From contig CAIKKG010000031.1 in the NCBI GenBank assembly GCA_903827975.1, positions 3,717 through 67,716 of the forward strand: a stretch of 64,000 nt of DNA. Direction: 5' to 3'. Positions 10,000 to 19,259 of the stretch are shown here, one piece after another. How positions within the stretch are numbered: the first letter of the stretch is position 1; every line of letters begins with the position of its first letter. The notes under the pieces were generated by a model, which saw only the letters and a program-made list of their open reading frames with translations, had not been told where the DNA came from and ran no database searches. A program made the translations under genes and the position numbers. The DNA comes from an uncultured bacterium (GTDB lineage: Bacteria > Patescibacteriota > Minisyncoccia > UBA6257 > GWB1-50-10).

Positions 10000-10074
10000 G
10001 GAGCCAATGGTCGGAGTTGAACCGACGACCCACGCTTTACGAAAGCGTTGCTCTACCAGCTGAGCTACATTGGC
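9999..10074 (-). tRNA. tRNA-Thr (anticodon CGT), CCA encoded
   Basis: Hand-folded cloverleaf: acceptor GCCAATG/CATTGGC, D-arm AGCTCAGCTGGTAGAGC, anticodon stem ACGCT/AGCGT with loop TTCGTAA, T-arm GTCGG-TTCAACT-CCGAC. Confidence 0.8.
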
Positions 10075-10159
10075 ACTAATTTACTAAACAAAAACAACCT
10101 GAATACTCACTTTTACGAGTATATAATATGAAAACCTTATCGTAAAGACAAGGTTTTCA

Positions 10160-10536
10160 TATTGAAGTAAGTCATAAGCCGGATTCTGTATCGTCGGCCG
10201 TTAAGCCAACTAGTGATAATTCATCTTGACCCGCGATTACTCGCAAGTTCTAGCGATTCTCCACTCATATAAATACGAATGACACGATCTTGCACTCTGG
10301 TAAGGATTTTGCCGTTTCACCTTCGCCTTGTTGTCCCTATAGCGAAGTTAAGCCACCTACGTTGGGATTGGGCTTCCTTTGGCTTTCGCCTAAGGCGTCA
10401 CTGCTCGCACCTCTGTCCTCGCGAACGACGGGGGTTACCCGCTACCATTATCAATGGCATAGCCACTGACTAAGTGTCCGGACTTTCCTCTCCTCATTAT
10501 TTCTAATAAAGAGCTATCACCTGTCTTACTTCATTT
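10160..10536 (-). ncRNA. rnpB: RNase P RNA (bacterial type A-like)
   Basis: Conserved 'GGAAAGTCCGGAC' near the 5' end and 'ACAGAATCCGGCTTA' near the 3' end; P1 pairing GAAGTAAG/CTTACTTC between the ends; GC-enriched structured region with no credible ORF. Confidence 0.75.
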
Positions 10537-10574
10537 TGAAAATAACATAAATGAGCTTAAAAAGCAAGTATCGA

Positions 10575-10991
10575 TTACTTTAGATAATTATCTAAAGCTT
10601 TATTAACCATAGCATCGGCTTCTTTATTTTTTTCTCTCCTTATGTGAACAAATGTAACTGAGTGATAATTCGGAATAAGCTTCTGCACCTCAACATATAA
10701 CTCTCTTAGCCCCTCATTCTTAACCTTATACTCACCGCTCATCTGCTTAACAATTAACTCACTATCCATACGCACCTCCAGACTTATCTTCTTTAAATCA
10801 TCTAGGCCAGTCGCCCTTTTTACATGTTTCAATGCATATACAAGTGCTTTATATTCAGCAATGTTATTTGTAGTCTCTCCTATATATTCCCCATGCATAA
10901 AATCGTCGCCAATCACAACACCAATTCCAGCTGGCCCAGGATTCCCCCTTGCACCTCCATCTGTATAAATAATTATTTTATTCGAAGTCAT
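10575..10991 (-). CDS. rnhA: Ribonuclease HI
   Basis: 'IYTDGGARGNPGPAGIGVV' RNase H N-terminal signature; 138 aa. Confidence 0.85.
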   Translation of the reverse strand: MTSNKIIIYTDGGARGNPGPAGIGVVIGDDFMHGEYIGETTNNIAEYKALVYALKHVKRATGLDDLKKISLEVRMDSELIVKQMSGEYKVKNEGLRELYVEVQKLIPNYHSVTFVHIRREKNKEADAMVNKALDNYLK

Positions 10992-11852
10992 TTAATTACT
11001 TTTTAATACTTTCCAAGGAAACTCCCCCGAAAACTTTATCTTAAATGCTGCGGCAGCTTTATGCCCACCACCGTTATATTTTTCTGCAATTTTTGAAACA
11101 TCAACCGTTCCATCAGAACGAAGAGATACGTGCAACATACTTCCATTCTCATACCAAACAACTCCGAATGGTGGAAATTTTTTAGCCAAAACGTTACCTA
11201 TTGTTGAAACAAATTTTTTAGATGAAAAATTAACCGCCTTGACCTTATATTTTCCGAATTGTATATCATCCGCCTTCTCAACAATTTCATCAACAACACT
11301 ATCAAAATATTTTGATATTGCTTTCCCGGAAATAACGCAAACATCAAAGGTTTTTTTGCTTTCCATCTTACGCATAAAAATATCCCACTGCTTAAACTCA
11401 AGTTCATGTGCCGATATAAAGCGAGTTATGTCATTTGAATAAGGTAACGAATGTTTCCAAAGGTCATTATCCTCAACATATTTTAATAATTTAGGAACTG
11501 GTTTCTTTGGGTGAAAATACTTCCACGCTAAAACAGCCCCGGAATGCGAGTTATCAAAAATATTCTGCGGAAATGCACGCACATCATCCTCTGAGCTTTC
11601 ATGATGATCAAGCACCACCACACTTATATTTTTATCCATAAGTTCCTTAAGGACTTCTTTTGAGTAGCTATTATCAATAACATAAATCTCTTTGCCCTCT
11701 AGTCTTATATTTGGAAGTTCCCTGGGATCAGCTGGTATGTATTCCGCATTAAGCTTAAATTTTTTATATGCGGCCCAAGCACCACCAAAACCATCTGGGC
11801 AATTCCTATGGTAAATTACAACAACTTTTTTCAGCTCTTTTATTTTTTTCAT
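10992..11852 (-). CDS. DHH-family phosphoesterase (NrnA-like nanoRNase / pAp phosphatase)
   Basis: DHH motif 'VVVLDHHESS'; DHH and DHHA1-like architecture. Confidence 0.65.
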   Translation of the reverse strand: MKKIKELKKVVVIYHRNCPDGFGGAWAAYKKFKLNAEYIPADPRELPNIRLEGKEIYVIDNSYSKEVLKELMDKNISVVVLDHHESSEDDVRAFPQNIFDNSHSGAVLAWKYFHPKKPVPKLLKYVEDNDLWKHSLPYSNDITRFISAHELEFKQWDIFMRKMESKKTFDVCVISGKAISKYFDSVVDEIVEKADDIQFGKYKVKAVNFSSKKFVSTIGNVLAKKFPPFGVVWYENGSMLHVSLRSDGTVDVSKIAEKYNGGGHKAAAAFKIKFSGEFPWKVLKSN

Positions 11853-11907
11853 AATCTAAATTTCGAACCAATAGAAATTAATTATACGTTTAATTGAGAA
11901 ATTAATA

Positions 11908-11942
11908 AAATGAAAAACCCCGCACTAGCGGGGTTTCTTTAA
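11908..11942 (-). terminator. Terminator downstream of rpsI
   Basis: AAACCCCGC-actag-GCGGGGTTT followed by a T-run on the minus strand. Confidence 0.65.
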
Positions 11943-11945
11943 AGC

Positions 11946-12377
11946 TTAACGCTTTCTCCATTGCTGTGGTCTTCGAGCTTTTCGAAGTCCTGGCTTCTTG
12001 CGCTCCACCATGCGTGGGTCACGTTTCAAATATCCGAGCACCTTAAGAGGGGTGCGCCAGACGGGATTCATTATAATAAGTGCTCGAGAAATACCTAGGC
12101 GAATTGCCTCTGCCTGTCCCATAACACCACCACCCAAAGCCTTTACTGTAACATCATACTCGGTTATTGAGAGCGTTTTAAATGGCGCCAATACAGTAAG
12201 ACGATGCTTCTCTACTGGAAAGTATTTTGAGAACTCTTTGTCATTTATAGTAACGCTGCTTCCTGTTTTTGTGACGTGTAATCTTACACGAGCAACGGCG
12301 TTCTTACGGCGACCAACTGCTTCAAAATAGCGGCCTGCTTTGGTGACTTTAGTTGTTTTTGTTGTCTTAGGTGGCAT
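11946..12377 (-). CDS. rpsI: 30S ribosomal protein S9
   Basis: 'GRRKNAVARV...GGGVMGQAEAIRLGISRAL...KARRPQQWRKR'. Confidence 0.9.
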   Translation of the reverse strand: MPPKTTKTTKVTKAGRYFEAVGRRKNAVARVRLHVTKTGSSVTINDKEFSKYFPVEKHRLTVLAPFKTLSITEYDVTVKALGGGVMGQAEAIRLGISRALIIMNPVWRTPLKVLGYLKRDPRMVERKKPGLRKARRPQQWRKR

Positions 12378-12382
12378 AGATA

Positions 12383-12763
12383 TTAATCGCTAATTTTCAT
12401 GCGCTTCATGCGCCTTGCCGACAATTTATTCTTAGGAAGCATAAGACGAACCGCTCGGCGCAAAACCCAAGCTGGATTCTTCTCAAATGCATTTTCAAAT
12501 TTTGTCTCTTTCAAGTGACCGAGCGGACCTCCGTGCTTATAATACATCTTCTGTAGTGGTTTTTTTCCAGTTAACTCAATACTCTTGATGTTCTTTACAT
12601 CAACGGTATCAACACCTTCCACGCGAGGAGTATAATTTGGGCTTTTCTTTCCTTGCAAAATAGTTGCAATTTCAGATGCGAGGCGACCTAGCTTTTGATT
12701 TTTTGCGTCAAGTTCGTAGTGCATATTATACAAGTTCAATTGTTGCCATCTGCGACGCGTCAT
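12383..12763 (-). CDS. rplM: 50S ribosomal protein L13 (start chosen at MTRRRW to limit overlap with rplQ)
   Basis: 'LDAKNQKLGRLASEIA' aligns with L13 'VDATGKTLGRLATELA'; the tracker ORF extends further 5'. Confidence 0.8.
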   Translation of the reverse strand: MTRRRWQQLNLYNMHYELDAKNQKLGRLASEIATILQGKKSPNYTPRVEGVDTVDVKNIKSIELTGKKPLQKMYYKHGGPLGHLKETKFENAFEKNPAWVLRRAVRLMLPKNKLSARRMKRMKISD

Positions 12764-13076
12764 GCTTTCTGAGTCTAGCAATTTTTATAACGCGGGTGTA
12801 ACCGCCTTTTCGGTCAGCATATCGCGGAGCAATCTCGTGGTACAACTTATAAGCCGTTGCCTTAGGAAGATACCTCATCAAAAGACGCAATGATGCAACT
12901 GTCTGCTTTTTACCGTGCGTAATAAGTCGCTCAACAAAACCACGCAAATCTTTTGCACGAGCCTCAGTCGTTGTGATTTTCTCGTGCTGAATAAGGTTAT
13001 GCGCAAGTCCTTTTACAAATGCTTTGCGCTGCCCCTTCTCTCTTCCAAATTTTTTTCCTTTCTTTGCGTGACGCAT
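12726..13076 (-). CDS. rplQ: 50S ribosomal protein L17
   Basis: 'MRHAKKGKKFGR' L17 N-terminus; 116 aa. Confidence 0.9.
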   Translation of the reverse strand: MRHAKKGKKFGREKGQRKAFVKGLAHNLIQHEKITTTEARAKDLRGFVERLITHGKKQTVASLRLLMRYLPKATAYKLYHEIAPRYADRKGGYTRVIKIARLRKHDASQMATIELV

Positions 13077-13078
13077 GT

Positions 13079-13825
13079 TTATTTCTTCTTAGCTGTCTTT
13101 TTTTCTTTGTGTTCTCCAATTTCAGTCTTGGTAACCTCGACGCCAGATAACTTTTCAAAGTGATCCTTTAAAATGCTATCGGCTTTATGGAATGCCTCTG
13201 ATGGGGTAATTGAACCGTCCGTCTCAATTTCCAAAATAAGCTTATTGTAATCTGTTCTATCACCAACACGCATATTTTCAACTGAGAATGTAACACGCGT
13301 TACAGGAGAGAATACAGCATCAAGAACAATTGTTCCAACCGGAAGTCTCTCAAGCTTTCGTGATTCTGAAGGAACGTATCCAAGTCCCTTTTCAACTGTA
13401 ATTTCCAAATCTAGGTCAGCTGTTTTCTTAGAAAGCTTTGCTAGGTGTAGTCCCTCGTTAATAACCTTAACAAAGGTTGTTGACTCTATGTCTCCAGCAA
13501 CTATATCCTTCTCACCTTTAACGTGAAGTGTCAATGCCTGTGGCTCATCTGCAAAAAAGTGAAAACGAACCTTTTTCAAATTAAGTGAGAATTCAACAAT
13601 ATCTTCAACCATTCCAGGTAATACTGAAAATTCATGATTAATGCCCTTTATCTTTATCTGAGTTATTGCAGCACCTGGAAGTGATGACAATAAAACTCTT
13701 CGCAAAGAATTACCAAGCGTTACTCCATAACCGGTATATAAACCGTCTATGTGAAATAAGCCGATATTATCTTTTTCGGAAACCTTCTTTACAATAACTG
13801 ATTCACTAAGATGCGCGTATTTCAT
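13079..13825 (-). CDS. rpoA: DNA-directed RNA polymerase alpha subunit, N-terminal domain only (248 aa, no alpha-CTD)
   Basis: Alpha-NTD similarity throughout; the protein ends in a Lys-rich tail right after the NTD; position within the S13-S11-S4-rpoA-L17 cluster. Confidence 0.85.
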   Translation of the reverse strand: MKYAHLSESVIVKKVSEKDNIGLFHIDGLYTGYGVTLGNSLRRVLLSSLPGAAITQIKIKGINHEFSVLPGMVEDIVEFSLNLKKVRFHFFADEPQALTLHVKGEKDIVAGDIESTTFVKVINEGLHLAKLSKKTADLDLEITVEKGLGYVPSESRKLERLPVGTIVLDAVFSPVTRVTFSVENMRVGDRTDYNKLILEIETDGSITPSEAFHKADSILKDHFEKLSGVEVTKTEIGEHKEKKTAKKK

Positions 13826-13845
13826 ATGTTTTTTATTATTAATAA

Positions 13846-14445
13846 TTAGCGCGAATAGAATTGGCCGACTAAATTTATATCAAATGGGAATCTATACTCC
13901 TCTGTATTAGAGCTGGCGATACACTCACCCTTCAAATTCTCTAAATCAAGCTTAAGCCACTTAGGCATATCTGCATCCTTCAACCTCTCACGTATTCCTT
14001 CAAATAACTTTGAATCGCGAGACTCAGGACGAATCTCTACCTTATCACCAACTGAAACATGAAACGAGGCAATTGTCACTTTTCTTCCATTTACTAGTAT
14101 GTGGCCATGAGAAACCATCTGGCGTGCTATTCTAGGTGATTTTGCGAAACCAATGAGATAAGTGACGAAATCCAATCTCTGTCTAAGACTTGTCTCAATT
14201 TTTTCCCTAGGACCACCAAAAAGACGCTCCATCTGATGATTGCTCAATCCAAAATAAAATTGAATTTTTTGTTTCTCCTGCAATTGTTTTCCAAAATCTG
14301 AAATATTCCTCTGACGCTTTGCGCCATGCTGTCCAGGACGTTGTGGTCGGCGTACTGAAACACACTTAGGTGAATTACAACGATCTGCCTTTAGGAAAAG
14401 CTTTGTTCCGAGTGATCTTTCTTTTTTCTCTTTTATGCTTCGCAT
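13846..14445 (-). CDS. rpsD: 30S ribosomal protein S4
   Basis: S4 N-terminal Zn-finger-like region and 'QLQEKQK' motif; cluster context. Confidence 0.9.
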   Translation of the reverse strand: MRSIKEKKERSLGTKLFLKADRCNSPKCVSVRRPQRPGQHGAKRQRNISDFGKQLQEKQKIQFYFGLSNHQMERLFGGPREKIETSLRQRLDFVTYLIGFAKSPRIARQMVSHGHILVNGRKVTIASFHVSVGDKVEIRPESRDSKLFEGIRERLKDADMPKWLKLDLENLKGECIASSNTEEYRFPFDINLVGQFYSR

Positions 14446-14453
14446 GATTAAAA

Positions 14454-14903
14454 TTAAATTCTCCTGACTTTGCGCGGTCTAGGTCCGTTATGCGGTATCG
14501 GGGTAACATCCTTGATGCTCAAAATTTCAAATCCTTTTGCAGCAAGTGAACGAACCGCCGAATCACGACCTTTTCCAATACCACGCACAAATATCTCAAT
14601 TTTTATAGGACCAGATTTCTTTACTTTCTCTGCAATTGCTTCAGCAACCTTAGATGCTGCAAAAGGCGTTGCCTTTTTAGGACCGGAAAAACCAAGAGAG
14701 CCGGCTGAAAGCCATGCAACTGTATTACCCTTCTCATCTGTAACAGTCATTATTGTGTTATTCAAAGATGCCTGGATAAATACCTTGCCTTTTTCCACGC
14801 GTAATTTGCCCGATTGCTTTACTTCAGCAACCGCGGTGTCGACTCCAGCCGACTCCTTAAGCACCTTATCGTTTGATTCTTTTGCAACTTTTTTCTTTCC
14901 CAT
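14454..14903 (-). CDS. rpsK: 30S ribosomal protein S11
   Basis: S11 family similarity ('ASLNNTIMTVTDEKGN...FSGPKKATPFAA'); cluster context. Confidence 0.9.
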   Translation of the reverse strand: MGKKKVAKESNDKVLKESAGVDTAVAEVKQSGKLRVEKGKVFIQASLNNTIMTVTDEKGNTVAWLSAGSLGFSGPKKATPFAASKVAEAIAEKVKKSGPIKIEIFVRGIGKGRDSAVRSLAAKGFEILSIKDVTPIPHNGPRPRKVRRI

Positions 14904-14914
14904 GTTTGTTATGA

Positions 14915-15298
14915 TTACTTCAACTCAACCTTTCTCTTTCCGCTTCCGGCCGTTTTTCTTACGTTTCCGCGAACAGAGCGTGAATTCGTCTTAGTGCGCT
15001 GTCCTCTGACAGGAAGGCGACGCATGTGTCTTACACCCCTATACGTCTTAATCTCCTTCATTCTGGCAATGTTATGCTTCACTAACTGGCGAAGCTCTCC
15101 CTCAATCTTATAATCCTTTTCCATCGCCGACTGAATCTTGTTGATATCATCAGGTGTTAGATCCTTTGCAAATTTCTTAGGATCTATCTTAGCCTCAACA
15201 ACAATATGCTCAGCGCGTGCACGACCAATACCATACAAATATGTAAGTGCGATTTTTACTCTCTTATTATCCGGGATGTTTACACCAACGATTCTCAT
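14915..15298 (-). CDS. rpsM: 30S ribosomal protein S13
   Basis: 'MRIVGVNIPDNKRVKIALTYLYGIGRARA'. Confidence 0.9.
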   Translation of the reverse strand: MRIVGVNIPDNKRVKIALTYLYGIGRARAEHIVVEAKIDPKKFAKDLTPDDINKIQSAMEKDYKIEGELRQLVKHNIARMKEIKTYRGVRHMRRLPVRGQRTKTNSRSVRGNVRKTAGSGKRKVELK

Positions 15299-15308
15299 GT
15301 TTTAAATA

Positions 15309-15422
15309 TTATCCTTGTCTTTGCTTGTGTTTCTTTGTTACACAAATTACATATACCCTCCCTTTGCGACGGACGGTTTTACACTTCAAACATATCTTTT
15401 TTACTGATGCTCGTACTTTCAT
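15309..15422 (-). CDS. rpmJ: 50S ribosomal protein L36 (37 aa; too short for the supplied ORF track)
   Basis: Hand translation gives [37 protein letters not shown], a classic L36 with a CxxC...C...H zinc ribbon, between infA and rpsM. Confidence 0.8.
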   Translation of the reverse strand: MKVRASVKKICLKCKTVRRKGRVYVICVTKKHKQRQG

Positions 15423-15477
15423 AATTAAAAAACGCACTTTGCGAGTACCGCAATACTATATTCTATATGTTGAAAAT

Positions 15478-15699
15478 TTACAACCTCCTTATGATACGAC
15501 CTCGTCTGTCATCGTAAGGCGTCATTTCAACGACCACCCTATCGCCCGGAATAACCCGAATGCGATGTAGCTTTAATTTTCCGCCCAAAGTAGCCAAGAC
15601 CTCTTGTGTGCCGCCATCAAGCGATACTCTGAAGAGTAAGCTAGGCAAAGCCTCATGAACTATACCCTCTCTTTTTGTAAGATTCTTATCTTGTGGCAT
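15478..15699 (-). CDS. infA: Translation initiation factor IF-1
   Basis: 73-aa S1-like OB fold; 'GIVHEALPSLLFRVSLDGG...IRVIPGDRVVVEMTPYD'. Confidence 0.9.
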   Translation of the reverse strand: MPQDKNLTKREGIVHEALPSLLFRVSLDGGTQEVLATLGGKLKLHRIRVIPGDRVVVEMTPYDDRRGRIIRRL

Positions 15700-15816
15700 T
15701 TAACGACTGAAATTTATAGCGATTTCAATTATATGAATAAATTCAAATGAAGTCAACCCTTTAGCTACTTTATACCGATAAAATGTGTTAAATCGACATT
15801 TATTTAATTAACTCAA

Positions 15817-17472
15817 CTATTTAATAGAAATATCAATCCTTGAGACATCTGGCGGTACTGAATTAACCCAGAATGGCCAGAATGATATTTTCGCACTCTC
15901 AAGTCTCGGCAAGCCCAAAATCATCATCTCAGCAGAAGATTTAGAGCTTCCTTTTATATTATTCATAACACTCTCGATGTTTATATTTGGGGAGAAAACA
16001 ACTGAGCTTTTTACCTGAATAGTTATCGTGCCGTTATCAAAATCAAATTTTGGCTCGCCGTATTTTACATCAACAGAATCAACGTTATCTTTCTCTGTTT
16101 CAACACTACGCGCCCTATTAACAACCGCGTCCTTAAGTGTGCCCTCGTCAAACGCTATTTGTTTCATATCGCCCTCCATGAATAACTCAAATTTATTTGG
16201 ATCGTTCTTATCAACATGCTCTTCCTTTTTGGTTATAGCAAAGTAAGTGCTACTACTAAAAGTTTTAAACTTATCAGCCATTGCAAGAATCTTCATGCCT
16301 AAGGATGATTGTAATGCGTCACTAACCTGCTTCTCAGCTTTTGTGCGGTCATCATCTGAGAGTTTTGGGCGTAGGCCAGTAGCACCGCCACTCATAACAG
16401 CTTGTGAATCTGCATATATTCCAGTAAAACGGGCGGTTCCTTTAAATCCAGGTATCGTCCAATGAGTTGCTGGTTCTTTATTATATTCATCCCCAGCCTT
16501 ATCTGCCGTTACAGAGACCTCCACTTTTGATGGGGTTAGCTTTCCATTGACGCTTTTTGCTCCAGGAATAGTAACTGCATTATCGAGTCTAAATATTTTC
16601 CCATCTGGAGACTCAAATCTAGTTAGTTTTAAGAGTGGCTGTGGGCTAACACTATAGGTGTTGTACACCAAAAGCTTTCCAGTGGCCTTTGTTTCAAAAC
16701 TTTCCGTACCGCTTGCTGGAAAACTCATTGTGAAATTTCCTGTTTCTGAAAAAACCTCTCCTGGCAAAAGAAAAGCCCCAGTTGAATCAAAAACTTCTTT
16801 ATAATTTTTACCAATTCTTACAATATCGTCAGCTGAAACAGTCTTGCGATTTATTAATAAAGTTATTTTCGCATTCGGCAACTTAAATATTGCATACCAA
16901 GATAGACCAAATAACACTACTGATAATGCGGTCATTACAAAAATTAGCCGTCTTTTTGACCTTGCACTTCTTTTTGTGTGATGTTCCTGATGTGTTTCTG
17001 TAATTACGGCCTCCTCCCTATCTATTCGAGTACTTTGTGATATCGGCTTAAAAAATGTTGGCGCTTTCCTAACAAGAACATCAACATCTTCGTCACTATG
17101 CCTTGTAACCATATCATTGCCCTTTCCTTGGTGCTCAGCATATGAATGTGACTCCATTTTAGTTGGCTTATGTGGTGAGCGCCTAACAATATCCATAGAT
17201 GGTCGCACAACAACCTTCGGAACATTTTCTGCAATAATCTTTGCTCGTAGTGCAAGCTCAAGAATGTGCTCATCAGATGACTCAATCATTAATGCTTTGC
17301 CCGCGGTCTCGCTCTCGCGCTTTAGGGCATTGAAATTGCTCAGTGAATGTCCAAGAATAGAATCTTTTGGTATTACCAAAACAACAGCAAAGGTTGATGC
17401 GTGAATTATCTTATCTACAACACCATCAAGCTTATCCGTTTTATTTAAAAATATTTTTGTATCTGCTTTCAT
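15817..17472 (-). CDS. Hypothetical bitopic membrane protein (cytoplasmic N-terminus, one TM, large extracytoplasmic domain); possible pilus-assembly PilN/PilO-like partner
   Basis: TM 'LIFVMTALSVVLFGLSWYAIF'; directly downstream of an actin-like ATPase gene. Confidence 0.45.
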   Translation of the reverse strand: MKADTKIFLNKTDKLDGVVDKIIHASTFAVVLVIPKDSILGHSLSNFNALKRESETAGKALMIESSDEHILELALRAKIIAENVPKVVVRPSMDIVRRSPHKPTKMESHSYAEHQGKGNDMVTRHSDEDVDVLVRKAPTFFKPISQSTRIDREEAVITETHQEHHTKRSARSKRRLIFVMTALSVVLFGLSWYAIFKLPNAKITLLINRKTVSADDIVRIGKNYKEVFDSTGAFLLPGEVFSETGNFTMSFPASGTESFETKATGKLLVYNTYSVSPQPLLKLTRFESPDGKIFRLDNAVTIPGAKSVNGKLTPSKVEVSVTADKAGDEYNKEPATHWTIPGFKGTARFTGIYADSQAVMSGGATGLRPKLSDDDRTKAEKQVSDALQSSLGMKILAMADKFKTFSSSTYFAITKKEEHVDKNDPNKFELFMEGDMKQIAFDEGTLKDAVVNRARSVETEKDNVDSVDVKYGEPKFDFDNGTITIQVKSSVVFSPNINIESVMNNIKGSSKSSAEMMILGLPRLESAKISFWPFWVNSVPPDVSRIDISIK

Positions 17473-18657
17473 TTAATTTTTGCTTGATGTTGATGGTGTC
17501 AACCAGCGAACACGACGCCTAAGTAGCTGGTTTAAAAATGAATACTGCGGATGTAGATATGGATACCCAAGTAAAATGAATGACTGATGTGCTATATCTG
17601 CCCTAGCTGAATAAACATCACCAAATGAACTGCCAGCAAACCCATTTGATTCAAACTCACCAGAAAATTCTACTTTCTGAAATCCAAACTCATCTAATAG
17701 CGATTGCGGAAGTGATTCACGCGCTCTAAGTGTGTAATGAATAAGGGAACTCTTTTTTAATCCTGCACTTTCAAAAGTTGGCGTTATTAAACGCAACAAT
17801 TCATTCACCTCTTCTCTTGTAATTCGTTCGACTAGGCGCCTAACTTTTTCAGATACCTGATTCTTAGTATAACGTCTTAAAATTTCGGGAACAATGGATT
17901 CATCTACACCAAAATACCTTGCAATGGCGTTTGTAATTTTTCTTGCACCCCAGGCAACCTCATGCAGATAAGCGCTCTCGCTATTGCTAGTTACATAAAT
18001 TGTTGTCTTCGTATCTCCAATATCAATAAATGCATTTTCTTTATTTAGCGCCCCAGAAAGAATTGTACCTCTCTCAACAACAAATATATTACCATTTGCG
18101 AATTTAGAAATTCTATCAATCGAATTAAGTATCTCGCGCGGAACAAAAGTTCCACGGAATCTTATTGAAACTTCGTGTCCTGAGAAATCTAATGGATTGA
18201 AAACCTTATGTTCACCCAAAGAAATTCCGCACACAACTATATTTGCAACAACTGGATCAAGTTCATTTGTATTAAATTTTTTTGCGGCAAATGGGCGGTA
18301 TCTATTCAAAAAATTCCAGAATGCTTTAAAAAGCATTGCGTCTAATTCACCCTCACTTATTGGGTCGTTTGGCTTATCTCTAACTATGCGAGTTACGCCT
18401 TCTATTGTGGTTGCATTTTCGGAATGAAGTGCGAGGATTGCCTTATCAAAAACACCCATCCAAATTGGTGGCCTTCTTACTGACTCTAAAGAACTAACCT
18501 TATATCTTCTTACCAATGAAAGTTTCCTTGAATCACTTTGTGAAACAACGTGGGTCACATAAAAACTATCTTCAAATTGTTCTATAAGAAGAATTTTCTC
18601 AGCACCTTTAAAAAAGAAGGAGAATGTTCTAGAGAATAAATTCATTTCCACTAACAT
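17473..18657 (-). CDS. Actin-like ATPase, PilM/FtsA-like
   Basis: 'IDIGDTKTTIYV' resembles the FtsA/PilM phosphate-2 motif 'DIGGGTTDI'; 394 aa. Confidence 0.45.
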   Translation of the reverse strand: MLVEMNLFSRTFSFFFKGAEKILLIEQFEDSFYVTHVVSQSDSRKLSLVRRYKVSSLESVRRPPIWMGVFDKAILALHSENATTIEGVTRIVRDKPNDPISEGELDAMLFKAFWNFLNRYRPFAAKKFNTNELDPVVANIVVCGISLGEHKVFNPLDFSGHEVSIRFRGTFVPREILNSIDRISKFANGNIFVVERGTILSGALNKENAFIDIGDTKTTIYVTSNSESAYLHEVAWGARKITNAIARYFGVDESIVPEILRRYTKNQVSEKVRRLVERITREEVNELLRLITPTFESAGLKKSSLIHYTLRARESLPQSLLDEFGFQKVEFSGEFESNGFAGSSFGDVYSARADIAHQSFILLGYPYLHPQYSFLNQLLRRRVRWLTPSTSSKN

Positions 18658-18689
18658 TATACCACCAAAATATGAAACTGACTTATAAA

Positions 18690-19250
18690 CTAAACAACTA
18701 TCCTAACCTCACGCAAAAATTCTTCGTAAAGATTAAGAACTCTCTCTCCATCACTCTCGCTTATTGAGAATTTTGAATCATGAGCGATTTGATTTCTTAT
18801 CTTATGCGCACGAAAGATTCCATTAACAGCACCGCGCTTTAGGCCCATTGAGTTTAATCGTCCGAAGCGCTCTGCTGCGTCATTACCTATAAAGCCGGCA
18901 TCCTTCAATATCTCATCAATAAACGCGTCAGCGCCTATAATTGCGGCACTATATGAGGCTGGTGGCGTCGATCTAGCATCAGCGCGTAGCTTCACCCAAC
19001 GATCAAAATACTGCTCACGCGCACCGGAGCGCTTCAAAATATCAGCAATGGTCGGTGGTAGAGCCTTCAAGTCAATCTTAATTCTATAAGATAGTCCCTT
19101 ACGAATAAGAATAATAATTGCAATTATTAGAGCAATATCTAGCGCAAGAAAAACATATTTAAAAAGTAAGTAAACGAACATCCAATTTGTTCCTTGAATT
19201 GCGTTAGATACTCCACCAAATGATGAGAATAGCGAATTTAGATTATTCAT
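18690..19250 (-). CDS. Hypothetical membrane-anchored protein
   Basis: N-terminal TM 'LALDIALIIAIIILI'; no recognisable family. Confidence 0.4.
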   Translation of the reverse strand: MNNLNSLFSSFGGVSNAIQGTNWMFVYLLFKYVFLALDIALIIAIIILIRKGLSYRIKIDLKALPPTIADILKRSGAREQYFDRWVKLRADARSTPPASYSAAIIGADAFIDEILKDAGFIGNDAAERFGRLNSMGLKRGAVNGIFRAHKIRNQIAHDSKFSISESDGERVLNLYEEFLREVRIVV

Positions 19251-19259
19251 TAATTATGC

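Noticed and set aside
10080-10160. Possible additional small RNA or terminator hairpin (AAAACCTTGTCTTTACGATAAGGTTTT) next to the rnpB 3' end
   Set aside because: Most simply the rnpB transcription terminator or processing stem; no independent evidence for a separate gene.
10279-10473. 64-aa ORF on the + strand
   Set aside because: It lies entirely inside the RNase P RNA gene on the opposite strand; structured-RNA GC content creates a spurious ORF.
14470-14994. 174-aa ORF antisense to rpsK/rpsM
   Set aside because: Antisense to well-conserved ribosomal protein genes, and low-complexity.
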